Positions 22,659-33,440 of a stretch of 64,000 bases of DNA are shown in pieces. Each line of letters starts with the position of its first letter. The first letter of the stretch is position 1. Source of the stretch: Bacteroidota bacterium. GTDB lineage: Bacteria; Bacteroidota; Bacteroidia; 2-12-FULL-35-15. The notes under the pieces are model-generated. The model was given only the letters and a program-made list of their open reading frames with translations. It was not told the origin of the DNA and made no database searches. The position numbers and the translations under genes were made by a program. The stretch spans positions 131,135-195,134 of the forward strand of contig CANJYB010000005.1 of the NCBI GenBank assembly GCA_947479085.1. The letters are read 5' to 3'.

Positions 22659-25085
22659 CTAACTACCACAAGCCTCACAATCATCCTTGTTATCAATTGA
22701 ACAAGTGATTTGCGCTGCTATTTCTGCTTCTAATGTTGCCTGACGGTCTGCGGCAAGTTGTTGCTGGCGTTCCAATACCAATACATCTTCGTTGCCCAAT
22801 ACTTCCGGTGCTTCTTTGGCTGCTGCTGTGTCCACAGTAAACTTAATGGCATCTGCTGCTGCTTTTGTACGTAAGTAATACATTCCGGTTTTTAATCCTG
22901 CTTTCCAGCCATAGAAATGCATACTCGAAAGTTTTGCAAAGTTGGCATCCTGCACAAACAGGTTCAATGATTGCGACTGGCAAATGTATGCACCACGGTC
23001 GGCAGCCATATTAATAATTACTTTCTGAGAAATTTCCCAAACGGTTTTATACAATGCCTTGATGTTATCAGGTATTTCGTTTATTCCCTGTACCGAACCA
23101 TTTGCAATGATGATTTTGTTTTTTAAGCCGTCATTCCAGATGCCCAGTTTTACAAGGTCTTTCATCAGGTGTTTGTTCACAATTACAAACTCACCGGATA
23201 ATACTCTACGAGAATAAATGTTGGAAGTGTATGGTTCGAAACATTCGTTGTTACCAAGGATTTGTGAAGTGGATGCTGTTGGCATCGGTGCAAGTAATAG
23301 AGAGTTACGCACTCCGAATTTCAGCACTTCTTCTTTTAATACATCCCATTCCCAACGGGTGGAAGGTGTAACTCCCCACATATCGAACTGGAAAATACCT
23401 TTGGAAACAGGTGATCCCGGATAAGATTCGTAAGCTCCGTCCACTTTAGCAAGATCTTTGGAAGCGGTCATAGCTGCATAATAAATCGTTTCGTGTATTT
23501 CCTTGTTCAGTTTTACTGCTTCAGGAGAATCGAAAGGGAAACGGCAAAGAATGAATGCATCTGCAAGACCTTGCACGCCAATGCCGATAGGACGGTGACG
23601 CATGTTGGAATTACGTGCTTCGGCCACAGGGTAGTAATTGCGGTCGATTATTTTATTTAAGTTTTTGGTGATTACATAAGTAACATCAAATAATCTTTGG
23701 TGATCGAATTTTCCATCTTCCACAAAACGAGGCAATGCTATAGAAGCAAGGTTACATACTGCAATTTCGTCAGGAGCAGTGTATTCAATTATCTCTGTAC
23801 ATAAGTTGGAAGACTTAATGGTTCCAAGGTTTTGCTGGTTGCTTTTTCCGTTACATGCATCTTTGTATAACATGTAAGGATTACCTGTTTCAATCTGCGA
23901 ATCGATGATAGCAGTCCATAATTCGCGTGCCTGTATGGTTTTGCGTGCTTTGCCTTCTTCTTCGTAACGGGTGTATAGTTTTTCAAATTCTTCTCCCCAG
24001 CAGTCTGCCAGTCCAGGTGCTTCGTTCGGGCAGAACAATGACCATGTGCCGTTTTCTTCCACACGTTTCATGAATAAATCAGGAGTCCACATAGCAGTAA
24101 ACAAATCACGTGCACGGGCTTCTTCTTTACCTGTATTTTTACGGATATCCAAAAATTCAAACACATCAGCATGCCAAGGCTCTAAATAAATAGCAAAAGA
24201 ACCTTTACGTTTTCCTCCCCCCTGGTCTACATAACGGGCAGTATCATTAAATACACGCAACATTGGAATGATTCCGTTAGAAGTTCCGTTGGTTCCGCGA
24301 ATGTACGAACCGGTAGCGCGTACGTTGTGAATGCTTAAACCTATCCCTCCTGCACTTTGAGAAATTTTAGCACATGATTTTAAAGTATCGTAAATACCAT
24401 CAATGCTGTCGTCTTTCATACTCAATAAGAAACAAGAAGACATTTGTGGTTTTGGTGTTCCGGCATTAAACAGGGTAGGGGTAGCGTGTGTAAACCAACG
24501 CTCGCTCATTAAATTATACGTTTCAATAACGGAAGCAATGTCATCTTTGTGAATACCCACTGCCACACGCATAATCATGTGCTGAGGGCGTTCTGCCACC
24601 ATTCCGTTCAGTTTTAATAAATAAGAACGCTCTAATGTTTTGAACCCGAAATAATCGTATCCGAAATCTCTATCGTAAATGATAGTAGAATCCAATTCCT
24701 GTGCGTTTTTCTGAATGATTTCATGCACGTCTTCCGCTATTAACGGAGCTTTTTTGCCCGTTTTGGGATCAATATAATCGTGCAACAATTCCATCGTTTT
24801 TGAAAACGATTTGTTGGTGTTTTTATGAAGGTTAGACACTGCTATGCGGCTCGCCAATAGCGCATAGTCGGGGTGTTTGGTTGTTAACGAAGCAGCAGTT
24901 TCTGCAGCCAGGTTATCCAACTCACTGGTGGTTACTCCTTCGTAAATCCCTTCAATTACCTTCATGGCAACATTGATAGGATTAACATGCAAAGGGTCTA
25001 AACCGTAGCAAAGTTTTTGAATACGAGCAGTTACTTTGTCAAATTTCACTGACTCCCTGTTTCCGTCTCTTTTGATTACGTACAT
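22659..25085 (-). CDS. nrdA: Class Ia ribonucleoside-diphosphate reductase, alpha subunit
   Basis: 808 aa with an ATP-cone N-terminus, active-site Cys motifs and a C-terminal CxxC tail. Confidence 0.95.
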   Translation of the reverse strand: MYVIKRDGNRESVKFDKVTARIQKLCYGLDPLHVNPINVAMKVIEGIYEGVTTSELDNLAAETAASLTTKHPDYALLASRIAVSNLHKNTNKSFSKTMELLHDYIDPKTGKKAPLIAEDVHEIIQKNAQELDSTIIYDRDFGYDYFGFKTLERSYLLKLNGMVAERPQHMIMRVAVGIHKDDIASVIETYNLMSERWFTHATPTLFNAGTPKPQMSSCFLLSMKDDSIDGIYDTLKSCAKISQSAGGIGLSIHNVRATGSYIRGTNGTSNGIIPMLRVFNDTARYVDQGGGKRKGSFAIYLEPWHADVFEFLDIRKNTGKEEARARDLFTAMWTPDLFMKRVEENGTWSLFCPNEAPGLADCWGEEFEKLYTRYEEEGKARKTIQARELWTAIIDSQIETGNPYMLYKDACNGKSNQQNLGTIKSSNLCTEIIEYTAPDEIAVCNLASIALPRFVEDGKFDHQRLFDVTYVITKNLNKIIDRNYYPVAEARNSNMRHRPIGIGVQGLADAFILCRFPFDSPEAVKLNKEIHETIYYAAMTASKDLAKVDGAYESYPGSPVSKGIFQFDMWGVTPSTRWEWDVLKEEVLKFGVRNSLLLAPMPTASTSQILGNNECFEPYTSNIYSRRVLSGEFVIVNKHLMKDLVKLGIWNDGLKNKIIIANGSVQGINEIPDNIKALYKTVWEISQKVIINMAADRGAYICQSQSLNLFVQDANFAKLSSMHFYGWKAGLKTGMYYLRTKAAADAIKFTVDTAAAKEAPEVLGNEDVLVLERQQQLAADRQATLEAEIAAQITCSIDNKDDCEACGS

Positions 25086-25153
25086 ATTGTTTTATTTTAA
25101 GTATTGAAATGTTTTGTTTGTTGTTGTATAGTTGTTTGTTGTTATTCGTTGGT

Positions 25154-26122
25154 CTAAAAATCTTCATCCAAAGAGAAAATATTATCCTCTTTTTTGCCCA
25201 TTACACCGGATTTCTGGTATTCAGCAACTCTTTTTTCAAAGAAATTGGTTTTGCCCTGCAATGAAATCAATTCCATAAAGTCAAAAGGATTGATAGCATT
25301 GTATGTTTTTTCACATCCAAGAGCAACCAGCAACCTGTCGGCTACAAACTCGATGTACTGACACATCATGGTGGCATTCATTCCTATTAAGCGAACAGGT
25401 AATGCATCCGAAACAAATTCCTTTTCTATTTCCACTGCATTGGTAATAATGGCGGTTACCTTTTCTTTAGGTAACTGGTTGTCCAATTGAGAGTATAGTA
25501 AGCATGCAAAATCGCAATGCAAACCTTCGTCACGCGAAATCAATTCGTTGGAAAAAGTAAGTCCCGGCATTAATCCCCGTTTTTTAAGCCAGAAAATGGA
25601 ACAGAAACTTCCGGAAAAGAAGATGCCTTCAACGGCAGCAAAAGCAATTAACCTTTCCGCGAAACTTCCGTTCCCTATCCATTTGATCGCCCAATCCGCT
25701 TTCTTTCCAACACATGGCAATGTATCTACCGAATGAAATAACCGGTCTTTTTCTTTCGGGTCTTTAATATAAGAGTCAATTAATAACGAGTACGTTTCGG
25801 AATGGATGTTCTCCATCATTATCTGGAAACCATAAAAGCAACGTGCTTCCGGATATTGAACTTCGCTCATAAAATTAACGGCCAGGTTTTCATTCACTAT
25901 TCCATCGCTGGCAGCAAAAAAAGCAAGCACATGTTTAATGAAATGTTTTTCATCATCGTTTAATTTATTTTCCCAATCCTGTAAATCAGGGTTCAAATCA
26001 ATTTCTTCTGCAGTCCAAAAGCTCGCTTCCGCTTTTTTGTACATTTCCCAAATTTCTCTGTGTTTTATCGGAAAAAGTACAAATCTGTCTTTATTCTCTT
26101 TTAGTATTGATTCTTCTGCCAT
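25154..26122 (-). CDS. nrdB: Ribonucleotide reductase beta subunit (R2)
   Basis: 322 aa ferritin-like di-iron protein with a C-terminal DEDF tail. Confidence 0.95.
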   Translation of the reverse strand: MAEESILKENKDRFVLFPIKHREIWEMYKKAEASFWTAEEIDLNPDLQDWENKLNDDEKHFIKHVLAFFAASDGIVNENLAVNFMSEVQYPEARCFYGFQIMMENIHSETYSLLIDSYIKDPKEKDRLFHSVDTLPCVGKKADWAIKWIGNGSFAERLIAFAAVEGIFFSGSFCSIFWLKKRGLMPGLTFSNELISRDEGLHCDFACLLYSQLDNQLPKEKVTAIITNAVEIEKEFVSDALPVRLIGMNATMMCQYIEFVADRLLVALGCEKTYNAINPFDFMELISLQGKTNFFEKRVAEYQKSGVMGKKEDNIFSLDEDF

Positions 26123-26529
26123 ATTATTATACTTTTATGTTTTTGTAAACTCCTTGTAAAATCTGCCTATTTCTGTACTTATTTTAAAAATAAAGGGTAA
26201 AAAATCCCTGAAAGCCGAACCGCTTTCCTGTCACATTTTAATAAAGTATTGCTTATTGAAATAAAGGTCCACAAATGTTCGGATAATTTTGGCTGATGTC
26301 AAGCCTATACAATTAACATTTGCCCGAAGTTACTAACACCGGAAATTAACAGGAAGTTGTTGATAAATCATCAATCTACTTACCTACATTACTTTAGATG
26401 AGTATCGAAAAAAAACTGAAAAATTGTTGCAAAAAAAGTTGCAGTAATGAAAAAAAACGTTTTTAGAAACATTGGTGATTCAGAGGAAATTGCTTTGAAA
26501 CCGCAGTAAATACTATGGGTCCGGAAGCC

Positions 26530-27093
26530 CTACTTTTTCATTTTGTCAGCAAGCTCCAATTTCTTGTACCAGCCCTCTCCAAATTTGCGAATTAATGGTT
26601 CGCGCAAAAATTTATATACCGGAACATCCAGTTTTGCACCACAGACACAAGCCGGTTTGCAGATTTCCCATTTATGATAATTTACGGCTTCGTAATCCTT
26701 GTATTTGGTAATCCTCACAGGGTATAAATGACAGGAAATTGGTTTTTTCCAGGTAATCTTTCCTTCGTAATATGCTTTCTCTATAGCGCATTTGGCAATA
26801 CCATCCTCAAATAAGGTAAATGCACAATGTTTGCCTTTTACCAATGGGGTAGTGTAATCCCCATCATCATCGATTACAAAAACACCTTGTTTTTCAATGG
26901 CTTTCAGCCCGCTTTTTGGTAAATATGGTTTTACTTCGTCCAGCACATCTTCCATAATTGCAATTTCCTCAAAATCAAGTGGTGCCCCGGAATCCCCAGC
27001 TACACAACATTCTCCCTTGCAGGCATTCAAATCACAAACAAATTTCTTTTCCAGTAAATGTTCTGAAACTATTGTACTATCTATCGCTATCAT
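26530..27093 (-). CDS. Cysteine-rich hypothetical protein, probably DUF3109-like
   Basis: 187 aa with CDLNACKGECC, CAF, CAIEKAYY and CKPACVCG motifs. The family name is recalled from memory and is not certain. Confidence 0.5.
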   Translation of the reverse strand: MIAIDSTIVSEHLLEKKFVCDLNACKGECCVAGDSGAPLDFEEIAIMEDVLDEVKPYLPKSGLKAIEKQGVFVIDDDGDYTTPLVKGKHCAFTLFEDGIAKCAIEKAYYEGKITWKKPISCHLYPVRITKYKDYEAVNYHKWEICKPACVCGAKLDVPVYKFLREPLIRKFGEGWYKKLELADKMKK

Positions 27094-27234
27094 TTTCTTT
27101 ATTTCTGAGGCGTAAAGATATTGTTTTTTAATGTTGCTGTTTTAAAATTGTAATTTCTAAGAATAAATGATATGCTTGAAATTTAATTTAGGTTAGTCTA
27201 AAAATATATTTAGTTTTACACAAAATATATAATA

Positions 27235-27993
27235 ATGAATAGATTCATATTAATTACGTTATTGCTCATCGTTACAATTCACTTTAATGTAATCGGGCAA
27301 GTACTGCCACCAATACAATGCGACAGACCAGACCAAACTGAATGCCCATTTATTGTTCCGAAAAATCATTTTCAAATGGAAACCGGTTTTGCATTTGAAC
27401 AAACAGACAGCAAAACACAATCGCTTTTTCACCCCTCTATTCTTTCTAAATTTGGAGTAAACGATAATTTTGAATTGAGATTAATTACGGAATCGGAAAC
27501 TGTTAATTCAGATACATTATCTATATCAGGACTTAATCCGGTAAAAATTGGGTTTAAGGTAAAACTTACAGATGGTAAGGGCATAGTTCCCAGAACTTCT
27601 TTTATTGGTCATTTATCAGTTCCATATTTTGCATCTGAAAATTTTACTGCAACCTATTACGCCCCGACATTCAGATTCACTATGCAATATGAACTAACTG
27701 AAAAGATGAATCTTGGTATTAATCTGGGTTCGGAATGGGATGGAGAATCTACTGAACCCGAATTTATTTATACCCTTACAACCGGCTATTCCTTTACGGA
27801 AAAATTAGGTGGTTATATTGAACTGTATGGTTTTGCCCCTCAAAACTCGCAGTCAGATCACAGGTTTGATTGCGGGCTTGGCTGTTTATTAAATCCTAAT
27901 ATTTTATTAGATATTTCAGGTGGGGTAGGTCTTTCTGACATTTCCCCTAACTATTATTTGGCGTTAGGTTTCTCATTCAGATTGAAAGATTAA
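27235..27993 (+). CDS. Outer-membrane beta-barrel transporter, MetA-pathway phenol-degradation-like family
   Basis: Signal peptide, then the N-terminal DRPDQTE...HFQMETG motif, alternating beta-strand pattern, and a C-terminal Phe. Confidence 0.55.
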   Translation: MNRFILITLLLIVTIHFNVIGQVLPPIQCDRPDQTECPFIVPKNHFQMETGFAFEQTDSKTQSLFHPSILSKFGVNDNFELRLITESETVNSDTLSISGLNPVKIGFKVKLTDGKGIVPRTSFIGHLSVPYFASENFTATYYAPTFRFTMQYELTEKMNLGINLGSEWDGESTEPEFIYTLTTGYSFTEKLGGYIELYGFAPQNSQSDHRFDCGLGCLLNPNILLDISGGVGLSDISPNYYLALGFSFRLKD

Positions 27994-27998
27994 AGATA

Positions 27999-28048
27999 AA
28001 AACACAAAGCCTCGTTTCAAATGTCTGAAACGAGGCTTTGTGTTTACT
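27999..28048. terminator. Bidirectional terminator between convergent genes
   Basis: Perfect ~20-bp stem acacaaagcctcgtttca / tgaaacgaggctttgtgt. Confidence 0.6.
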
Positions 28049-28058
28049 TTAAATAAAC

Positions 28059-29507
28059 TTATGGAATATTAATAATTCCTTTCATTCCTGAATGGAACTG
28101 ACAATAATAATATAATTGTGTAGGAGCATCCATTGGAACTTTAAATGTCATGATTCCGTTTTGAACGTTCTGCGCTGAAACGCCTACACTGTACAATAGA
28201 CCACCAGCGGTATTTACAGATTGAATTCGGAAAGGGTGGCCACTTACATTTACATTGAACTGGTAAGTAAAACCTCTGTATAAAGTTAAGGTCGGGTTGG
28301 AGTTTGATCCTGAATTATAATCAGAGGTATTGCCAATTAACCATGCTGTAAAGGCTCCGTTATCCACAAGGTTAAAAGCTACTGCATAAGTGGCTGCGGT
28401 ACCAGTAGCTCCTGTAGCCCCAGCAGCTCCGTTTGTACCATTTGTACCGGTAGCTCCGGTAGCCCCTGCAACTCCCGCACCTGTAGCACCAGTAGCGCCT
28501 GTTGCTCCGTTAATGCCATTGGTGCCATTTGTGCCTGTTGCTCCGGTAGCACCGTCTGTTCCGTTTGTCCCGGTAGCTCCTGCAATTCCATTAGTACCAT
28601 TAGTTCCTGTTGCTCCGGTAGCACCTGCAGCTCCATTTGTCCCGTTACTTCCTGTTGCTCCCGTAACCCCATTAAGTCCGTTTGTTCCTGCTGTTCCTGT
28701 AGCGCCCGTTGCCCCCATAGTTCCTGCAGGACCAGGTGCACCATCCAGGTTTATACTCCAACTGCTGAAAGTTCCTGAACCGCCAATTATGGTAATATTT
28801 ACTACCAGAGCACCGGTTAATGAATTATAAGAAACACAATTCCCTTTCATAAAATCGGAAACTGAATTTGCAATTAACACTGTTTGACCTACCGAATATT
28901 GTAATCCGGTCTGAATGTTTAAATTCTGAGTGCCCATAGCAATGGTTAACATATCTGTTGATGTAGCAGCATAGCGGTCTCCGTCATTCCCTGAAGAACC
29001 GGTTGCACCTGTTGGTCCGGCATTACCGGTAACACCTGTAGGCCCTATATCACCTGTGGCACCAACACTTCCTGTTGCTCCTGTAACACCTGCAGGTCCT
29101 GCCGTACCTCCATTAGCTGCATACAGTGCATAAGGCACGCTCATTAATTGTTGTGTTCCCATTAAAGCATAAGAGGTACCACCTGAAATGTCCATGCTTA
29201 CTTCAACATAATAAGGACCATTGGCCCAATTGATGGCTGCGAAATTATCGACAGTTAATCCGGAACCTACCACCACATTTAATAATCCGATATTATTAGA
29301 AGTAACGGAATGTGTTTCGGTATAAACTGCGGTACCCGTAGCAGTGCCCTGTAACAATCGAATCTGTAAACCAATAGGTTGACTGGTTACAGCAACTCCG
29401 GCTGAAGTTCTGGCTACTGCCTGGTAATTAAATCCCTGAGGTGCCTGAGCTTTAGTGGTTAGACTGAAAGCCAAGCAGAGTGCAAAAAGAAGAGTAATTT
29501 TTTTCAT
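28059..29507 (-). CDS. Secreted protein with collagen-like Gly-X-Thr repeats fused to a C-terminal cupredoxin-like (type-1 copper) domain
   Basis: Signal peptide. Two blocks of about 15 and 38 G-X-Y triplets. The C-terminal ~120 aa has the ligand spacing GHPF...(45 aa)...CQFHSGM, i.e. H-x45-C-x2-H-x2-M, as in amicyanin or pseudoazurin. Confidence 0.6.
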   Translation of the reverse strand: MKKITLLFALCLAFSLTTKAQAPQGFNYQAVARTSAGVAVTSQPIGLQIRLLQGTATGTAVYTETHSVTSNNIGLLNVVVGSGLTVDNFAAINWANGPYYVEVSMDISGGTSYALMGTQQLMSVPYALYAANGGTAGPAGVTGATGSVGATGDIGPTGVTGNAGPTGATGSSGNDGDRYAATSTDMLTIAMGTQNLNIQTGLQYSVGQTVLIANSVSDFMKGNCVSYNSLTGALVVNITIIGGSGTFSSWSINLDGAPGPAGTMGATGATGTAGTNGLNGVTGATGSNGTNGAAGATGATGTNGTNGIAGATGTNGTDGATGATGTNGTNGINGATGATGATGAGVAGATGATGTNGTNGAAGATGATGTAATYAVAFNLVDNGAFTAWLIGNTSDYNSGSNSNPTLTLYRGFTYQFNVNVSGHPFRIQSVNTAGGLLYSVGVSAQNVQNGIMTFKVPMDAPTQLYYYCQFHSGMKGIINIP

Positions 29508-29588
29508 AGTTTGTTTTTGTTTTTTTAAATTAATAATGCAATGCTTCTATAAACAGAGCACTGATGAATCTTAAAATGAAAGGTAGTA

Positions 29589-30071
29589 TTATTTGTTTTT
29601 AATAATCTGGAACGAATTTCCCTTTGAAGTTTTGTTTTTTATTTTTAACAAATAAACTCCATTGGCAAAAGCATTCATATTTAATTGCCAAGCGGTATTG
29701 GAACCGGTAGATTGAGAAAGCACTAATTTGCCTTCTGCAGAAAACAGTTCGATGGTATTGTTGTCAGTTGATTTTGCAAATTCGATGTTCACGATATCCG
29801 CAGTAGGATTGGGAAATACAGTAATTCCTGTAGAATTTTCAGGGCTATCTATGGCTGTAATCAGCATATCGTTCTGATGAAATCCCTGGGACATCTGGTT
29901 ACTTCCATTATTAAGAGTAGCTGTTACAGGTTCTCCTAATGTCCAATCCAGGACGTTGGACCCGTTTACAAAACTTGTTCCTGCAGTAGAAATTACTTCC
30001 GGAGTTAATGTCTGAGCTCCTGCATAGCTAACGGTTATACAAAAAGCGGATAAGAATAAAATTTGTTTCAT
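29589..30071 (-). CDS. Small secreted protein with a T9SS type-A (Por_Secre_tail) C-terminal sorting domain
   Basis: Signal peptide. The C-terminal ~80 aa reads ITVFPNPTADIVNIEF...GVYLLKIK. Confidence 0.7.
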   Translation of the reverse strand: MKQILFLSAFCITVSYAGAQTLTPEVISTAGTSFVNGSNVLDWTLGEPVTATLNNGSNQMSQGFHQNDMLITAIDSPENSTGITVFPNPTADIVNIEFAKSTDNNTIELFSAEGKLVLSQSTGSNTAWQLNMNAFANGVYLLKIKNKTSKGNSFQIIKNK

Positions 30072-30119
30072 GGTAAATTGGTTTATTGTATTTGCAACAA
30101 AAATAATATTTTATATTGA

Positions 30120-30154
30120 AATAGGAATTAAATAAACAATAAGATATACTTTTG
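30120..30154 (+). promoter_or_regulatory. Bacteroidota -7 box TACTTTTG upstream of glyQS
   Basis: TAnnTTTG at 30147-30154, 28 nt before the start codon. Confidence 0.35.
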
Positions 30155-30182
30155 CACCTCAAAAAAAGAATACTATTATATT

Positions 30183-31727
30183 ATGGCAAACCAGGACGAT
30201 ATTTTTAAGAACATTATTTCGCATTCAAAGGAATACGGATTTATTTTTCAAAGCAGTGAGATATACGATGGCTTAAGTGCAGTATATGATTACGGGCAGA
30301 TGGGAGTGGAGTTGAAGAAAAATCTTCGTGATTATTGGTGGAAAGCCATGGTGCAGATGCATGAAAACATAGTTGGAATAGATGCAGCCATTTTTATGCA
30401 CCCCACCACTTGGAAAGCTTCCGGACACGTGGACGCTTTTAATGACCCTTTGATTGATAATAAAGACAGTAAAAAAAGATATCGTGCCGATGTACTGATA
30501 GAAGAACATGTGGCAAAGATTGAGGGCAAGATTCAAAAGGAGGTGGACAAAGCAAAAGAGCGTTTCGGGGATTCCTTTAATGAGGAAACTTTCCGTTCCA
30601 CCAATGCAAGGGTTTTGGAAAACCAGGCAAAAGCGGATGCTATACTAAACAGATTTAAAGATGCTTTAGAAAAAAATAATCTGGAAGAAGTAAGGCAAAT
30701 AATTATTGATTGCGAAATAGTTTGCCCTATTTCAGGAACAAAAAACTGGACAGAAGTACGCCAGTTTAATTTAATGTTCAGTACTTCTATGGGTGCTGTT
30801 ACCGAAGATTCCAATGTTATTTATCTTCGCCCGGAAACGGCACAGGGAATATTTGTCAATTTTCTGAACGTTCAGAAATCGGGGCGAATGAAAATACCTT
30901 TTGGTATCGCACAAACAGGGAAAGCATTCCGTAACGAGATTGTTGCCCGCCAGTTTATTTTTAGAATGAGGGAGTTCGAACAAATGGAAATGCAATACTT
31001 TGTTCGTCCGGGAACAGAAATGGAATGGTACAACCACTGGAAGCAGACACGTATGAACTGGCACCAGTCTTTAGGTTTTGGTTCAGAAAACTATCGTTTT
31101 CAGGACCATTTAAAGTTAGCGCATTATGCCAATGCAGCCTGTGATATTGAATTTAACTTCCCTTTTGGATTTAAAGAACTGGAAGGAATTCACAGCCGTA
31201 CCGATTTTGATTTAAAGGCGCATGAACAACATTCAGGAAAAAAATTACAGTATTTTGACCCGGAATTAAACCAGAATTATGTTCCTTATGTGGTGGAAAC
31301 ATCTGTAGGACTGGATAGGTTATTCCTTGCTGTGCTTTCCAAAGCATATATAGAAGAAAAACTGGAAGACGGGACCACTCGTGTGGCGCTTAATCTTCCT
31401 GCATTTTTGGCACCCATTAAAGTAGCAATTCTTCCATTGGTTAAAAAAGATGGCTTACCCGAAAAGGCTCGGGAGATAATGGATATGCTGAAGTTTGATA
31501 ATGCTTGTAGCTATGATGAAAAAGATACCATCGGGAAGCGTTACCGCAGGCAGGATGCCATTGGTACTCCCTTTTGCATCACCATCGACCATGATTCTTT
31601 GATGGATAATAAAGTAACCATTCGTTATCGCGATACCATGCTGCAGGAACGTATTTCTATTGATAAACTTCCTGAAATAATTGAAGAAAAAGTAAGTTTT
31701 AAGAAGGCTTTACAGAGTTTGAAATAA
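30183..31727 (+). CDS. glyQS: Glycine--tRNA ligase (dimeric class II GlyRS)
   Basis: 514 aa with class II motifs and the C-terminal anticodon-binding domain. Confidence 0.9.
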   Translation: MANQDDIFKNIISHSKEYGFIFQSSEIYDGLSAVYDYGQMGVELKKNLRDYWWKAMVQMHENIVGIDAAIFMHPTTWKASGHVDAFNDPLIDNKDSKKRYRADVLIEEHVAKIEGKIQKEVDKAKERFGDSFNEETFRSTNARVLENQAKADAILNRFKDALEKNNLEEVRQIIIDCEIVCPISGTKNWTEVRQFNLMFSTSMGAVTEDSNVIYLRPETAQGIFVNFLNVQKSGRMKIPFGIAQTGKAFRNEIVARQFIFRMREFEQMEMQYFVRPGTEMEWYNHWKQTRMNWHQSLGFGSENYRFQDHLKLAHYANAACDIEFNFPFGFKELEGIHSRTDFDLKAHEQHSGKKLQYFDPELNQNYVPYVVETSVGLDRLFLAVLSKAYIEEKLEDGTTRVALNLPAFLAPIKVAILPLVKKDGLPEKAREIMDMLKFDNACSYDEKDTIGKRYRRQDAIGTPFCITIDHDSLMDNKVTIRYRDTMLQERISIDKLPEIIEEKVSFKKALQSLK

Positions 31728-31765
31728 CCAATTCTTATTCTTTTTCGAATCCTTTGTTAACATAC

Positions 31766-31812
31766 TAATCCTGCTAAGTTTCCTGATTGGACCTTAGCAG
31801 GATTTGTTTTTT
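31766..31812 (+). terminator. Rho-independent terminator after glyQS
   Basis: atcctgctaag / cttagcaggat stem followed by TTTTTTT. Confidence 0.6.
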
Positions 31813-31908
31813 TAATATTAATTAATCTATCCTATCCACCCCACTTGTTTTGCGTCAGCTTTTAAAGTATTTATAAAAAACTTACCAGAAAGTGAAACCT
31901 TAATATTT

Positions 31909-32103
31909 TACTTCCGTAAAACTCCATATACCAGTTTTCAAAAAGTATAAAGAATTGATTGAACTGGTAACAAAGTAAACGGAAGTATAACCTAAACATC
32001 ACCGCGCATGTAGTGAACCTTACTACTGAAGTCCAGATACCTGTAATAATATGGTTTGGCAAAAGCTCACAAAATTATCAGTACCGCCTGTAAGGCGTTT
32101 TTA
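31909..32103 (+). ncRNA. Candidate structured small RNA. Speculative.
   Basis: Nested inverted repeats tacttccgt...acggaagta and taccagtt...aactggta at 31909-31987, followed by a terminator-like hairpin ccgcctgtaaggcgTTTTT at 32084-32103. No convincing ORF. Confidence 0.2.
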
Positions 32104-32236
32104 AGTTCTTTGATTGAATAAATGAATGTTTTGTTTCGTTTCAGTCTTGTTATTTAGCAATAATTACTGTTTTTGTCGGTTGACAATGGAGTTTTTATAC
32201 CTGCAAATGAAGCAAAAAGGCATGAAAATGGAATTT

Positions 32237-32438
32237 TGTAACGTTGCAATGGTACATTGAAACGTTTCAAAATGCTTTTAAACCATTCAAAAAAGGTATT
32301 AAAACCTTTCAAAATGACCTATGTACGTTCAAAAAAGGCTTTGTAACGTTACAATGTAATTTTTGTCTGTACAAAAAACATTTTTGTACAGACAAAAATC
32401 ATTTCTGCATGTTCAAAAAACGTTTTGCAACGTTTCAA
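32237..32438. promoter_or_regulatory. Array of four copies of a 14-bp dyad TTGNAACGTTNCAA, with two tandem 41-bp units and a 39-bp perfect hairpin
   Basis: Palindromes at 32237, 32257 (perfect: ttgaaacgtttcaa), 32341 and 32425. The hairpin is at 32360-32398 with 18-bp arms. The 41-bp units are at 32260-32342. Confidence 0.4.
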
Positions 32439-32786
32439 TGGAGCATTGACAGATATAATAAGTTTAAAACAATAGAAAAAGAATAATGAATTTAAAGTAA
32501 AATAAGTAATAACATCTGCGCAAGGTGCGATGTGTTTCAGTAGCAAAGTCGATTCGCTTAAGAAATGCTCTAAAATAGAGGTAAAATGAAAGATAATCGT
32601 ATGACAAAAAGGTTTAAAAAGTTAAGTGTAAAGTACCGATGGCGATGAGATGAATGTCTGATGCACGGGGAACATTGAATTGTAGCTACAATTGCAAGTG
32701 CGGTTTTTATAAATGTTTTCACTGCTTTTTAACTTAATCTTTTGGGAAATAAATTTTAATACTAATCATTTTAAAAACAGGAACTA

Positions 32787-33353
32787 ATGAAAAATAGAAT
32801 AATAGTGCTCGTTTTAAGTGTATTTGCATTAAATGTAAATGCACAGAATTATAATAATAAACATAGGATGTATTTAGAAATTGGCTATTGTGCAGGTATA
32901 GACCAGTCATCGGTAGCAGGGGGTGTGTATGGTGCAGCAGGTGCTTTTTTCTGGACTGGAAATAAACAAAGCGCCATTGATTTTCGGGTGAAGGAAGTAT
33001 ACATTCATTCACCGGAGCGAGAAGCAGGAGCCATTACTCTTACTTACCGTTTGTTTCTTACCAGGGGTTTTTACCTTGGGGCAGGCTTTGCGCATAACCA
33101 TGAAATTGCCATGAATAATTACATGGAAGATCCTGTAGGTTCATCCATGGGAAATGGTCAATTTATTGTTCACCGCACCGGCCTGGCATTTGAGGCAGGA
33201 TATGATTTTAAACCTTTTCCAAGAAATAAGTCATTCGGAATTTATCCGGTTACTGGCTTAAGCTGCTCTTACATGGTGCTTGACAAAGAACCAAATCCAT
33301 TGGTGATGTTGAACCTCGGATTCAGATTCGGATTTAAAAAGATGCCTTATTAA
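32787..33353 (+). CDS. Outer-membrane beta-barrel protein (OmpW/OmpA-like beta-barrel family)
   Basis: Signal peptide, alternating hydrophobic beta strands, and a C-terminal aromatic residue. Confidence 0.55.
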   Translation: MKNRIIVLVLSVFALNVNAQNYNNKHRMYLEIGYCAGIDQSSVAGGVYGAAGAFFWTGNKQSAIDFRVKEVYIHSPEREAGAITLTYRLFLTRGFYLGAGFAHNHEIAMNNYMEDPVGSSMGNGQFIVHRTGLAFEAGYDFKPFPRNKSFGIYPVTGLSCSYMVLDKEPNPLVMLNLGFRFGFKKMPY

Positions 33354-33391
33354 ACGATTGAGTTTTTAATTTTCTTCTTCATTGTTTTTAA

Positions 33392-33440
33392 AATGTCGCC
33401 TCTATTCCTCTAAGGAGTAAGGCGACATTTTTATTTTATT
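33392..33440 (+). terminator. Rho-independent terminator
   Basis: aatgtcgcc / ggcgacatt stem followed by a T-run. Confidence 0.55.

Noticed and set aside
26123-26529. Possible riboswitch or NrdR box in the ~400-nt leader of nrdBA
   Set aside because: I could not recognise a B12, NrdR-box or other known motif by eye, so it is left unannotated.
28379-28830. ORFs on both strands (121 aa on -, 146 aa on +) inside the collagen-like region
   Set aside because: These are translations of the GC-rich (GGN GCN ACN)n repeat in alternative frames, with proline/alanine/valine-only composition.
32244-32486. 80-aa ORF MQWYIETFQNAFKPFKKG...
   Set aside because: The protein is internally repetitive only because it spans the 41-bp tandem repeats and palindromes. 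It is most likely non-coding.
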